Shown here in pieces: positions 27,219-40,300 of a stretch of DNA of 64,000 bases. A program made the translations under genes and the position numbers. Each line of letters opens with the position of its first letter. Within the stretch, counting starts at the first letter, position 1. The notes under the pieces were generated by a model. That model was not told where the DNA came from and did no database searches. It saw only the letters and a list, made by a program, of their open reading frames with translations. Source of the stretch: the human T2T-CHM13v2.0 reference genome, Homo sapiens; NCBI RefSeq assembly GCF_009914755.1, contig NC_060938.1; one strand, written 5' to 3'.

Positions 27219-29499
27219 AAGAAATATGCAGGCAAAGGCTGGATGTGAATGGTCTTAGCCATCTCAGGTTAAAGAATAAGACAAAGGCAAGCAAGACATC
27301 AGAGCTTTAGGGAAGTCAAATCCAGGGTTCTGTTCTGCAGGGTAAAGTACATGGGGCAAGGGCATTAATGAAGCACTTCTAGTGGTGGGCATGAATTCTG
27401 CATCTCAGCATCCTGGGCCTTCAACCAGGGCCACCATCTCTTTATCCTGCTGTGACATCAGCAAGGTGGCAGGCCCCTGGAGCACAGGTAGGCCTACGGG
27501 CTTTCCTATGTGTCCCACCAGAAGTTCCAGATGGTGTAGATGTGCACCAGGCAAGGGGAACACTGGTGTGGCTAGGCTTTAATGACCCAGTTGAGACTAA
27601 GCTGCTTTCCCATGGGAGGAAGGCCTGCTCGAGATTCTACACACCCTAAGCTAGACTTCTAGTTTAAGGAGGACTGAAGTCTTCAATCATATCACTTTAA
27701 ATATACAATGACAAGTCACTTTGGAGAGTCACAAATGTTTTGAGCTGGAAAGAATATTTGAAATTGGGTAGTTAACTGCTCCCATCCCATATCCCAGAGG
27801 CGGGAAATTGGGTGCAGGCTGTGGAAATGACTTTGTTAAGCATACACGTCTCCTAATGGCAGGAGGCTAGAACCCAGGGAATCCTATCATGTCATTGATC
27901 GAGAATTTGGGTTACGAAGGATTTGTGGTTCCATGGGTTCATTCAGTCTTTCTGACAGAAAGACTGCATTTTTCTGCATCTTATCTGATGCAGATAGAAC
28001 AGCAATGACTATTCCTGTGTAATTATGAGCAAAGTAAAGCTGCGGGGTTTGTTCTCATAGCTAGTAAGTTGCAATGCTGGGACTAGAATCCAGATCTCAG
28101 GACACCCAGACCAACATAGTTTCTACTTAGAATAACCACCCCTCTGGAATTTCAGAAAGAAAATTCTGTGTGCATTTCATTATGATTATATGGCATAACC
28201 CTCCTATAAGTTAATGAATCTTTAAAGGGTACAATCAAGAATGAATGAGTTGATTGATAAATGAGCAAATGGTTGCATAAATGAATGAATTGGTTAAATT
28301 CTGGGAGAAATAAAATAGATATTCTCATTAAAATTTCAATTGACCTATTAAATGCAGGATCCCCTGGGTCCTCTCTTTCTAGCTGACCTACAAAGCAATG
28401 AGGAAATGTTATTGTAGAAATGCCAAATTCTATCCACATTCTCCACTTATTCTTCTCATTCTAGTCTCTTTAAGACAGAATTTCAAGTATAAGCTAACCA
28501 GGGGCCTCCCCTCACCCCCCTCATAATTATTATATTATTATATGAGAGATTTGTGGAATTATAGCATCTCTTTTTTGGAAGGAACAGAAGAGAGCTTTCC
28601 TTCTGAAGAGAGAAAAGGAAAATGGTTGGTACAGTCCAAAAAGCCTAAGACTTGGGAGTCTCTAGTTATGTGAAAGGATTTAAGAAAATAATATATATTT
28701 TTAATGATTCCTCACTCAAAGAAGATACTTGGTTGATTTTAATTGGAGGACTTATGTTCTTCCAAGTCATTAGAGCCAGAGCCCTTAGCTTCACAACTTT
28801 GGTATCTTGCAAAAGCGTTTTGAAGTTTATCTTGTGCACTCCAATTCTTAATCTTTTGAATGTCACCTCCTTCGTGAAGCCTTCTCTGATAGCTTCCTTT
28901 CCTTTGTCCAGATCAAATAATCACTCTCTACTCTGCACCCTTCTTGAACCCTCTACATTCTTTAATAATTGCAGTGTTTTCCAGAGGTACCCATAAAGGT
29001 CCCTCAGTGGCAAACAACAGAACCTAACTCTGGATGACTTTTGCAGAAAAAAGTTAATTTGGACGTTTGAAAGTCAGAAGGAAGGCTGAACAATTAGAAT
29101 TTGAGAGGATGAGAACTGGACCAACCACCACTGTCGGAATGCATAAGTTTTGTTCATTTTCTTTCCTGTGTCATTCCACTCCGGATTGTCTGAGCTTGTG
29201 TACGCCACCTGCCCTTTTCTTGGCCAGAAGATGGCAGAGTTCCTCAACTGACCCGACCCTCCCATCCAAATCTATCTGCTGTTTCTAGAAGATGGGGATG
29301 GGTAAAGTGAGAGAGAGGTTCACAGTCCCACCCCCATGGTGTTAATTGTTGACATATGTGTTTGTCCTCTAACCCCGCAAGACTCTGAACATCTTGAAAG
29401 CAGGAACTGTGTTTTCTTCAGATGTTCAATTCATGTGAGTCAACATCTCAATGGTGTCAAGGTAATACAAAGAGTATGGCCAAAGAAGGTAGACAGGGC

Positions 29500-30170
29500 T
29501 ACTGCCTACCAGATGCAAATGTCTTTTCCAGCCATCTCTGAGAGATTCTCTATGAACACAGATCTGACACCCTTAAGAAGAATCTAAAAGAGCAGCACTG
29601 AGCTAATATATTCCATCTTCCTTCAGGTTCTTTTTAGGGGGAGATATAGGATGGCGATAACCTAATGCGACATCTTTTTGTTTCTAGAAGAACTCTGGTA
29701 AGTGATGAATGGATGTTAGGGTTTCCAGAACTACCAGAACTAGGTTTCCTTTTCTTTTTTCCTTCCTGCTGCTGAGAATTTATTTCTGGTAGTCATTAAA
29801 ATTCTGCTCCTACCATTTGTAACAAATGATAGAAAGCACTAGGTACAGTATGTGGAGTATATGTTTATGAAAACGAGAGACGAGTACCTTCCAACACTTT
29901 GGGATTTTATGAATGATTTACATCAGGTGCTAAAGTTCACAAATGAAACGTGCGGGAAGCAGATGCTTCGCTTCTTGACTGCATCGTGCCTGCCCATACT
30001 GATGGGGAATTGAAAACAGTGAGGTCTCATAAATCAACAAAATCTATTTTTGTGCCTCTTGATCTCCACTCTGAACATCCATATAATACCCAAACAAATG
30101 TGCTGAAATTAGTTCCTCAAGAAGCCCTTTATGTTTAGTAACAGTGTGGACATGTTAATAAAAAGAAGAG
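29500..30170 (+). mobile_element. Decayed Penelope-like element (PLE) reverse transcriptase / thumb fossil
   Basis: Frame from 29666: CDIFLFLEELW*VMNGC*G..; PAAENLFL; RKH*VQYVEYMF (YVDD position); DFMNDLHQVLKFTNE..MLRFL; one frameshift at 29977; DCIV..DGELKT..HKST..LDLHSEHPYNTQTNVLK. Motif order and spacing match PLE RT. Confidence 0.7.
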
Positions 30171-30494
30171 AGGAATAAAAGTGGACTGGTGGGGGGAGAG
30201 GGAAGGCACGGGGATGTGAGTGAAAGAAAACCAAACCTCAGAGTAGATGAACTCTTCCAGAACACTTATTTTTGGAGAATGGGAAAGGAAGTGTGGTGCT
30301 GTGCAGAACAGATGAGGAGGACCCGCTCTGGCCATCCTGGGGCTTCCCTAATTTGGAAAGAGAGTTGATCCGGGTAAAGGAGCGTTGTTGAATTGCAAAT
30401 GAAAAAGAACTCACATCTGGAAATGAACTTTAGTTGGCAATTGGAAAATCATGGAAAGATACTTGTAAGGAAGACAGGGAGCTGATGTTTTGTA

Positions 30495-30680
30495 CTTTTT
30501 TCTCCTCTCTCTCTCTTTCTCATTGTTTCTTTCTTTCCTTCCTTTCTTTTTTTCCTCCCTCCCTCCTCCCATCTGCCCCTCCCCTCTCCTCCCCTCTCTT
30601 TCTTTTCCCTTCCCCTCCCTCCCTCCCTCCCTCTCTCCCTTCCTTCCTTCCTTGTTCCCTCCCTCCCTCCCTTCCTTCCT
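30495..30680. repeat. CT-rich polypyrimidine tract
   Basis: ccct/cctt units, almost no purines. Confidence 0.9.
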
Positions 30681-30994
30681 TGTAAAATATGGTCTTATAG
30701 GAAACATGGTGACTCTGTACAAGAAAAAAGTAGAGCTTTCTTCAGAGTTCTATGCTGGGCCAGGCTCTGTGGAGTAATACACACGATTGTTTTTCTCATC
30801 TTGGTATCTCTGCCCCCATCCTGGCTCCAATTCTTTGAGTTTCTCCTCTGATTATTATAAAAAGTCTAGTCTATCACCCTAAATTTGCACTTTAGCATCT
30901 TACATGTCTCTTTCATTGTTTCATGTTTTATCGAATCAGTAGAATTTCCAATTTCTTAAAGGCAGAGACTTTGGGGCAGATAATTTGTTATTTC

Positions 30995-31900
30995 TTTTTT
31001 TATTATGCTTTAAGTTTTAGGATACATGTGCACAATGTGCAGGTTTGTTACATATATATACATGTGCCATGTTGGTGTGCTGCACCCATTAACTCATCAT
31101 TTAACATTAGGTATATCTCCTAACGCTATCCCTCCCCCCTTCCCCCACCCCACAACAGGCCCCGACGTGTGATGCTCCCCTTCCTGTGTCCATGTGTTCT
31201 CATTGTTCAATTCCCACCTATGAGTGAGAACATGCGGTGTTTGGTTTTTTTGTCCTTGCGATAGTTTGCTGAGAATGATGGTTTCCAGCTTCATCCATGT
31301 CCCTACAAAGGACATGAACTCATCCTTTTTTATGGCTGCATAGTATTCCATGGTGTATATGTGCCACATTTTCTTAATACAGTCTGTCATTGTTGGACAT
31401 TTGGGTTGGTTCCAAGTCTTTGCTATTGTGAATAGTGCCGCAGTAAACATACGTGTGCATGTGTCTTTATAGTAGAATGATTTATAATCCTTTGGGTATA
31501 TACCCAGTAATGGGATGGCTGGGTCAAATGGTATTTCTAGTTCTAGATCCCTGAGGAATTGCCACACTGACTTCCACAATGGTTGAACTAGTTTACAGTC
31601 CCACCAACAGTGTAAAAGTATTCCTATTTCTCCACATCCTCTCCAGGGCCTGTTGTTTCCTGACTTTTTAGTGATCACCATTCTAACTGGTGTGAGATGG
31701 TATCTCATTGTGGTTTTGATTTGCATTTCTCTGATGGCCAGTAATGATGAGCATTTTTTCATATGTCTTTTGGCTGCATAAATGTCTTCTTTTGAGAAGT
31801 GTCTGTTCATATCCTTCACCCACTTTTTGATGGGGTTGTTTGTTTTTTTCTTGTAAATTTGTCTGAGTTAATTGTAGATTCTGGATATTAGCCCTTTGTC
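30995..31900 (-). mobile_element. 5'-truncated L1PA4-type LINE-1
   Basis: ORF 31097-31819 is the L1 ORF2 C-terminus; 3'UTR and short T-tail; TSD atttcttaa(a/g)ggcagagact at 30951-30970 and 31901-31920. Confidence 0.95.
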
Positions 31901-32759
31901 ATTTCTTAAGGGCAGAGACTATCGTGTTTTGGTGTGGGGTTGCAAAACCTAGTCTCCTAAATACCAAGTAGGGGACATTGCCTTGGGCCAGTTCCATTCC
32001 TCCAGCATGATAGAGAAGGTAGACTAGGTGCTGTGAACATAAACTTGGTAAGAGGAAGTCTCTCCCTGCAAAGGCCTCCCAGTTGGTGAGGAGGGGTGGA
32101 TCTGTCTATAATTACAAGGATCTAGAGCCATGCTGGCTTGAGATTCAAAGCACATTGAGAGCCAAAATAGGAAAAGAGCAATTATTTCCAGGGAAGCCCA
32201 AGGAGCTTCACAGAGGAGGTAACTTGAGCTGAGCCTGGAAGAAGATGCATTTTGGGGAGTGCAGTAACTGGAAAGGCAGGAATAGATGAAGAAGAGATGC
32301 CTATTACTTTTGCTTTTTTTCCTTCCAGCCAGAAGAACCACATTCATTATAATGAAGCAATGGTTTTCTAAATTAATTTGCCTTGGGAATGGTAAGAGTT
32401 AAGGTACACCTTACCACTGTGTCTATCTTATATCTGGTAAGGAGTTTATTCATTCACAGTTTCTAGCTGGTTGACTTTTACAAATGAAGCAATAAACACA
32501 ACAATATTAAATATGCATCTATAATATGTCTTCACATTTATTTCCATTGCCATCATTCTCAAGTACCCACCGAATCCTTTGTTGAATTTTCTCCCCTTTG
32601 TATTTGAGCTTCTACATGCAAGAGACTTTTTGATTTACGGATTTCCTCTATACTTAGTTTACAAAAAACAGCAGGAGATGAATGAAAAAAAGACAAGAAA
32701 AAAACAATTTCCAGCTCTGTCCTGAAGCCTGTGCTGCATTTAAAAAAATGCAAAATTCA

Positions 32760-32960
32760 AGTTATTGGTTCATTTTGAAAAGTCCATGTTGAAAAGGAGC
32801 CAGAGTAGGGCACGATTGATGCGATTTGCGACACATAATATCAACTATTGGGTTAAAAAATAAATGTAGCTGCTACATTAACAGCAATATTGTAATCTAA
32901 CACCTAATTTTCTGACAATTCTCTAATACATAGACCACGTCCAATTTAAGAAAACCTAAG
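32760..32960. promoter_or_regulatory. Candidate conserved non-coding element / enhancer
   Basis: Unique block with gattgat (PBX-HOX-like), taacacct (T-box), taatct and CpGs retained in AT-rich context. Confidence 0.35.
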
Positions 32961-34304
32961 ATAAAAATATATGTATATATCATGTGCATTTTACTATAAT
33001 TAGATGACTCTTTTATGGGGGAGTTTTTCTTGATAACACCAAATAACCCACACCCTTCTTCACCTAGGAAGTTACAAATGCAGAAAAAAAGAGGTTCTGT
33101 AGTCTCCCTTAGTTACCATTCTGTTCAAAATATGTCCCCACCTAATATAACTTGCTATGTGTCATAAAATACAAAGGAAAGTACTTTTCATGCCAAATAT
33201 CAGAGAAGTGCTCTCTTTTCTATACTGCACAAGTAACAGAAATGATGTGTTCATTTTAAATTCCATTCATGTAGGTTCTAATAAAAGCTATTATAAAATA
33301 CAATTGTGTGGAGACAAAAAGAGAGATAATATCACTATAGCTCAATATAAAATTTAAGTAATTAAGACATGAAAACTATTACACAATTTACTACAAATGC
33401 AGCAAGAATAATAAAATGTTTAACCCTTTTCCTTCTGATTCCTCTCCTGATCTCACTCTTTCTCTTTAATGCCTAATGGAAAAACACGAGTACCTCAGAG
33501 AAAGCACAGAAATATTACGATGCAGACTGTTTGGGGAATGCATAATGTTGATAATAAAAGGAAAATGACTTGTTTTTCTTTTCTTTCAGGTAAGAGGTGT
33601 TGCATTTCTGGAGTGATGTACTCTCTACTGTGTACCTCTAAGGCAAATTGATTTTATCTAGAGAAAATATGAAATTGCCTATCTATAATCAGCCTCACAA
33701 TGACATGATTAACCAGTAAAAGACCATGATGACAAGTGTAGAAGGTCCTGTGGGTCCGTGGCCAGAATTTGAGCTGGGGTCAGAGGGATCAGAGTTCAAA
33801 TCTTGACCCTGCTGCCTGCCACCTTTGTGACATTGGACAACTTTGTTCAGATTCACTGTTCTCATCTGTTGAATGGACATCATTATATTTGCTTCTCTTA
33901 GCTTTTACGGCTGCCCTTCAGTCAGGCAATAGAGGTACTCAGTCTCCATAATTAGTGCAATGGGATATTCAAACTTCATGCATAAAATGGAAAAAGTACA
34001 AAGAACTATGATTCTCTATTTTGATTTTCCCTGAACAGTGGCATATATCTGTCTGAGATCATTGCAAGTTGCACCAGGATGTGAACACCGTCAGTAGGGA
34101 TGTGCTATTTCTTTGTCAATGTTTTCCCCACTTTTTTGATTTTATTAACGAGAAAAGATCTACATGGTGCCAGTAGGTCTCTATCACTTTTCTAGCACTT
34201 GTTAAGTTTCACTTTTTAATAAAGAGGGTGAGGTCTTGAGCTTGGAGCCTGCTTAAGGGAGTGGAGTCTCAGGAGAATAAGATGATATCTTTTTAATTGT
34301 ATTT

Positions 34305-37300
34305 TTTCTATTTTTAATTTTTAATTTTATTTCAATAGGTTTTTGGGGAACGGGTGGTATTTGGTTACATGAGTAAGTTCTTTAGTGGTGATTTCGGAGA
34401 TTTTGGTGCACCCATCACCGAGCAGTGTACCCTGAACCTAATGTGTAGTCTTTTAACCCTTGTCACCCCCAACCCTTTCACCCGAATCCCCAAAGTCCAG
34501 TGTATTATTCTTATGCTTTTGTGTCCTCATAGCTTAGCTCCCACATATGAGTGAGAACATACAATGTTTGGTTTTCCATTCCTGAGTTACATGACGTAGA
34601 ATAATAGTCTCCAGTTCCATCCAGGTTGCTGCAAATGCCATTATTTCATTCCTTTTTATGGCTGAGTAGTGTTCCATGGTACATATATATATCATATTTT
34701 CTTTATCCACTTGTTGATTGATGGGCATTTGGGCTGGTTTCATATTTTGCAAATTGAAAAGTGTGCTGCTATAAATATACATGTGCAAGTATCTTTTTCG
34801 TATAATGACTTTTTTTTTCGTTTGAGAGCATACCTAGTAGTGGGATTGCTGGTTCAAACAGTAGATCTACTTTCAGTTTTTTAAAGAATCTCCGGCCGGA
34901 AGTGGTGGCTCACACCTGTAATCCCAACACTTTGGGAGGCAGAGGTGGGTGGATCACAAGGTCAGGAGATCGAGACCAACCTGGATAACATGGTGAAACC
35001 CTGTCTTTACAAAAAAAAAACAAAAATTAGTCAGGCGTGGTGGCACACACCTGTAGTCCCAGCTATTCAGGAGGCTGAGGCAAGAGAATCACTTGAATCT
35101 GGGAGGCGGAGGCTGCAGTGAGCCAAGATACTGCCACTGCACTCCAGTCTGGATGACAGCGAGACTCCACCTCAAAAATCAATCAATCAATCAATCAATC
35201 TCCACACTATTTACCATAGTGATTTTACTAGTTTACTTTCCCACCAGCAGTGTAGAAGTGTTCCCTGCTCACTGCAGCCATGCCAACATCTATTATTTTT
35301 CTATTTTTTGATTATGGCCATTCTTGCAGGAGTAAGGTGGTATCACATTGTGGTTTTGATTTGTATTTCCCTGATCATTAGCGGTGTTGAACACTTTTTC
35401 ATGTGTTTGTTGGCCATTTGTATATCTTCTTTTAAGAATTGTCTACTCATGTCCTTAGCCCACTTTTTGATGGGATTGTTTGTTTTTTTCTTACTGATTT
35501 GTTTGAGTTCTTTGTAGATTCTGGATATTAGTCCTTTGTTAGATGTATAGATTGTGAAGATTTTCTCCCACTCTGTGGGTTGTCTGTTAACTCTGCTGAT
35601 TATTTCTTTTGCTGTGCAGAGGCTTTCTAGTTTAATTAAGTCCCATAGATCTTTGTTTTTGTTGCATTTATTTTTGGGTTCTTGGTTATGAAGTCTTTGC
35701 CTGAGCCAATGTCTAGAAGGGTTTTTCCAATGTAATCTTCTAGAATTTTTATGGTTTCAGGTCTTAGATTTTAAGTCTTTGATCCATCTTGAGTTAATTC
35801 TTGTATAAGGTGAGAGAGGAGGATCCAGTTTCATTCTTCTACATGTGGCTTGCCAACTATCCCAGCACCATTTGTTGAACAGGGTGTCTTTTCCCCACTC
35901 TATGTTTTTGTTTGCTTTGTCGAATATCAGCTGGCTGTATTTGGCTTTATTTCTGGATTCTCAATTCTGTTCCATTGGTGTATGTGTTTGTTTTTATACA
36001 AATACCATGCTGTTTTGGTGACTATGGTCTTATAGTACAGTCTAAGTTCAGGTAATGTGATGCCTCCAGATTTGCTCATTTTGCTTAGTCTTGCTTTGGC
36101 TATGCAGGCTCTTTTTTGGTTCCATATGAATTTTAGTATCATTTTTTTCTAGTTGTGTGAAGAATGATGGCGGTATTTTGATGGGAATTGCATTGAAGTT
36201 GTAGATTGCTTTTGGCGGTATGGTCATCTTCACAATATTGATTCTACCCATCCATGAGCATGAGATGTGTTTCCATTTGTTTGTGTTGTCTATGTTTTCT
36301 TTCAGCAGTGTTTTGTAGTTTTCCTTGTACAAGTCTTTCACCTCCTTAGTTAGGGATATTTCTAAGTTTTTTTTTTTTTTTGCAGCTATTGTGAAAGGGA
36401 TTGAGTTCTTGATTTGATTCTCAGCTTAGTTGCTGTTGGTGTATAGCAAAGCTATCGATTTGTGTACATTAATTAATTTGTATTCTGAAACTTTGCTGAA
36501 TTCATTTAATTCTAGGAGCTTTCTGAATGAGTCTTTAGGATTTTCTAGGTATATAATCGTATCGTCAGGAAACAGCAACAGTTTGACTTCCTCTTTACCA
36601 ATTCAGATGCCCTTTATTTCTTTCTCTTGTCTGCTTGCTATGGCTAGGACTTTCAGTACTAAGTTGAATAGAAGTGGTGAAAGTGGGCATCCTTGTCTTG
36701 TTCCAGTTCTCAGTGGTAATCCTTTCAAATTTTCCCTGTTCAGTATAATGTTGGCTGTGGGTTTGTCATAGATGGCTTTTATTACCTTAAGGTATATCAC
36801 TTGTATGCTGATTTTGCTGAGATTTTTAATCATAAAGAGATGCTGGATTTTGTCAAATGCTTTTTCTGTGACTATTGAGATGATCGTGTGATTTTTGTTT
36901 TTAATTCTGTTTATGTGGTGTATCACATTTACTGGCTTGCCTATATTAAACCATCCCTGCATACCTGGTATGAAATCCACTTGATCATAGTGGATTACCT
37001 TTTTGATATACTATTGGATTCAGTTCACAAGTATTTTGTTGAGGATTTTTGCATCTACATTCATCAGAGATATTGGTCTGTAATTTTCTTTTTTGTTATG
37101 TCCTCCCCTGGTTTTGGTATTAGGGTGATACTGGCTACATAGAATGATTTAGGGAGGCTTCTCTATTTCTCTATCTTTTGGAAGTGTCAATAGGACTGGT
37201 ACCAATTCTTCTTTGAATGTCTGATAGAATTCAATTGTGAATCTATCTGGTCCTGTCCTTTTTTTGGTTGACAACTTTTTTTTATTGCCATTTCAGTCTT

Positions 37301-40300
37301 TCTGCTTGTTGTTGTTCAGAGATTCTATATCTCACTGGTTTAATCTAAGAGGGTTGTATATTTCCAGGAATTTATCTATCTCCTCTAGGTTTTCTAGTTT
37401 TTGTGCATTGTTCATAGTAGCCTTGAATAATCTTTTGTGTTTCTGTGGTAACAGTTCTAACATCTCCCATTTCATTTCTAAATGAGCTTATTTGGATCTT
37501 CTCTCAGCTAATTGTCTATCAATTTTACGTATCTTTTCAAAGAACCAGGTTTTTGTTTCATTTATCTTTTGTATTTTTTTTTGTTTCAATTTCATTTAGT
37601 TCTGCTCTGATCTTTGTTATTTCTTTTCTTTTGCTGGGTTTGGGTTTGGTTTGTCCTTGTTTCTCCAGGTGCATGAGGTATGATCTTAGATTGTCTATTT
37701 GTGCTTTTTAGACTTTTTGTGTAACTATTTAATGTTATGAACTTTTCTCTTAGCACTGCTTTTGCTGTATCCCCAAGGTTTTGATAGGTTGTGTCACTAT
37801 TGTCATTCAGTTCAAAGAAATTTTAATTTTCATCTTGGTATCATTGTTGACTCAATGATCATTCAGGAGCAGGTTATTTAATTTCCATGTATTTGCATGG
37901 TTTTGAGGGTTCTTTTTTGAGTTGATTTCCAATTTTATTCCACTGTGGTCTGACAGAGTGCTTGATATAATTTCAAATTTCTTAAATTTACTGAGACTTG
38001 TTTTGCGGCCTATCATATTCTTGGAGAATGTTCCATGTGCTGATGAATAGAAAGTATATTCTGCTGTTGTTGGGTAGAATGTTCTGTAAATACATATTAA
38101 GTCCATTTATTGCAGGGTATATTTGAAGTCCGTTGTTTCTTGGTTGACTTTCTGTGTTAATGATCTGTCTAGTGCTGTCAGTGGAGTATTGAAGTCCCCC
38201 ACTATTACTGTGCTGCCATCTATCTCATTTCTTAGGTCTAGTAGTAATTGTTTTATAAATTTGGGAGCTCCAGTGTTGAGTGCATATATATTTAGAATTG
38301 TGATATTTTCCTGTTGGACTAGTCCTTTTATCATTATATAATGTCCCTCTTTGTCTTTTTAAACTGCTGTTGCTTTAAAGTTTGTTTTGTCTGATGTAAG
38401 AATAGCTACTCCTGCTTGCTTTTGGTGTCCATTTGCATGGAATATCTTTTTCCACCCCTTTACCTTAAGTTTAGGTGAGTCCTGATGTGTTAGGTGAGTC
38501 TCCTGAAAACACCAGAAACTTGATTGGTGAATTCTTATCCACTCTGTCATTCTGTATCTTTTAAGTGGAGCATTTAGGCCATTTACATTCAGTGTTAGTA
38601 TTGAGATGTGAGGAACTATTCTATTCATTGTGTGATTTGTAGCCTGGATACCTTTTTTTAAATTGTGTTATTGTTATATAGGTCCTGTGAGATGTATGCT
38701 TTAGGAGATTCTATTTTGATGCATTTCAAGAATTCGTTTCAAGATTTAGAGCTCATTTTAGCAGTTCTTGTAGGTTTGGTAGTGGTGAATTCTCTCAGCA
38801 TTTGTGTGGAAAAGATTGTATCTTTCCTTCATTTATGAAGCTTAGTTTTGCTGGATACAAAATTCTTGGCTGATAATTGTTTTGCTTAAGGAGGCTAAAA
38901 ATAGGACCCCAATCCCTTCCAGCTTTTAGGGTTTCTGCTGAGAAATCTGCTGTTAATCTGGTAGGTTTTCTTTTATAGGTTACCGGATGCTTTTGCCTCG
39001 CAGCTCTTAAGATTCTTTCCTTTGTCTTGACTTTACATAACCTGATGACTATGTGCCTAGGCAATAATTTTTTGTGATGAATTTCCCAGGTGTTATTTGA
39101 GCTTCTTGTATTTGGATGTCTAGATCTCTAACAAGGCTGGGGAAGTTTTCCTTGATTACCCCCTCAAATATGTTTTCCAAACTTTCAGATTTCTCTTCTT
39201 CCATGGAAGTACCAGTTATTCTTAGGTTTGGATGTTTAACATAGTCCCAAACTTCTTGGAGGCTTCGTTCGTTTTTCTCAATTCTTTTTTCTTTGTCTTT
39301 GATAGATTGGGTTAATTTGAAAGCTTCGTCTTCAAGCTCTGAGGTTCTTTCTTCTGCTTTTTCAAATCTATTGCTGAGACTTTCCAGTGCATCTTGCATT
39401 TCTCTAAGTGTGTCCTTGATTTCCAGAAGTTGTGATTGTTTTTTATTCATGTTCTCTATTTCACTGACAAATTTTCCTTTCATATCCTGTATCATGTTTT
39501 TGTTTTCTTTAAGTTGGACTTCTCCTTTCTCTGGTGTCTCTTGATTAGCTGAATAATAGACTTTCTGAATTCTTTTTCTGGCAATTCAGAGATTTCACCT
39601 TGGTTTGGATCCATTGCTGGTGAGCTGGTATGATCTTTGGGGGGTGTTAAAGAACCTTGTTTTGTCATGTTACCAGAATTATTTTTCTGGTTCCTTCTCT
39701 TTTGTGTAGACTATGTCAGAGGGAAGATCTGGGATTCAAGGGCTGCTATTCAGATTGTTTTGTCCCACGGGGTGCTCCCTTGATGTGGTGTTCTCCCCCT
39801 TTCCCTAGCAATGGGGTTTCCTGAGAGCCAAACTGTAGTGACTGTTTCTATTCTTCTGGGTCTAGCCATCCAATGGGGCTACTGGACTCCAGGCTGGTAT
39901 TGGGGAGTGTCTGCGAAGAGTTCTGTGCTGTGATCCATCTTTAGGTCTTGCAGCCATGGATACCAACACCTGCTCTGGAGGTAGCAGGGGTGTGAAGTGG
40001 ACTCTATGAGAGTCTTGGTTGTATTTTTGTTTAGTGTGCTGGTTTTGTGTTGGTTGGCCTCCACCCAGGAGGTGACTCTTTCAAGAGTGCATCAGCTGTG
40101 GTCCTACAGGGAGGATGCAAACTTGCCTTAGAGACACCTGGTTAAGTATTCAGGATTCTCAGACAGTGGGCAGGGCCATAGAGCTCCCAAGCGATTATGA
40201 CCTTTGTTTTTGGCTACCTGGGTGGGTAGAGAAAGACCACCAGGTGTGGGCAGGGATAGGCTTGTCTGAGCTCAGCCTCTCCTTGCAGCTGCTGTGGGGG

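Noticed and set aside
35927-39495. Endonuclease, RT and ORF1 peptides suggesting an active retroelement
   Set aside because: They are broken by many stops and frameshifts; this is a dead L1PB1.
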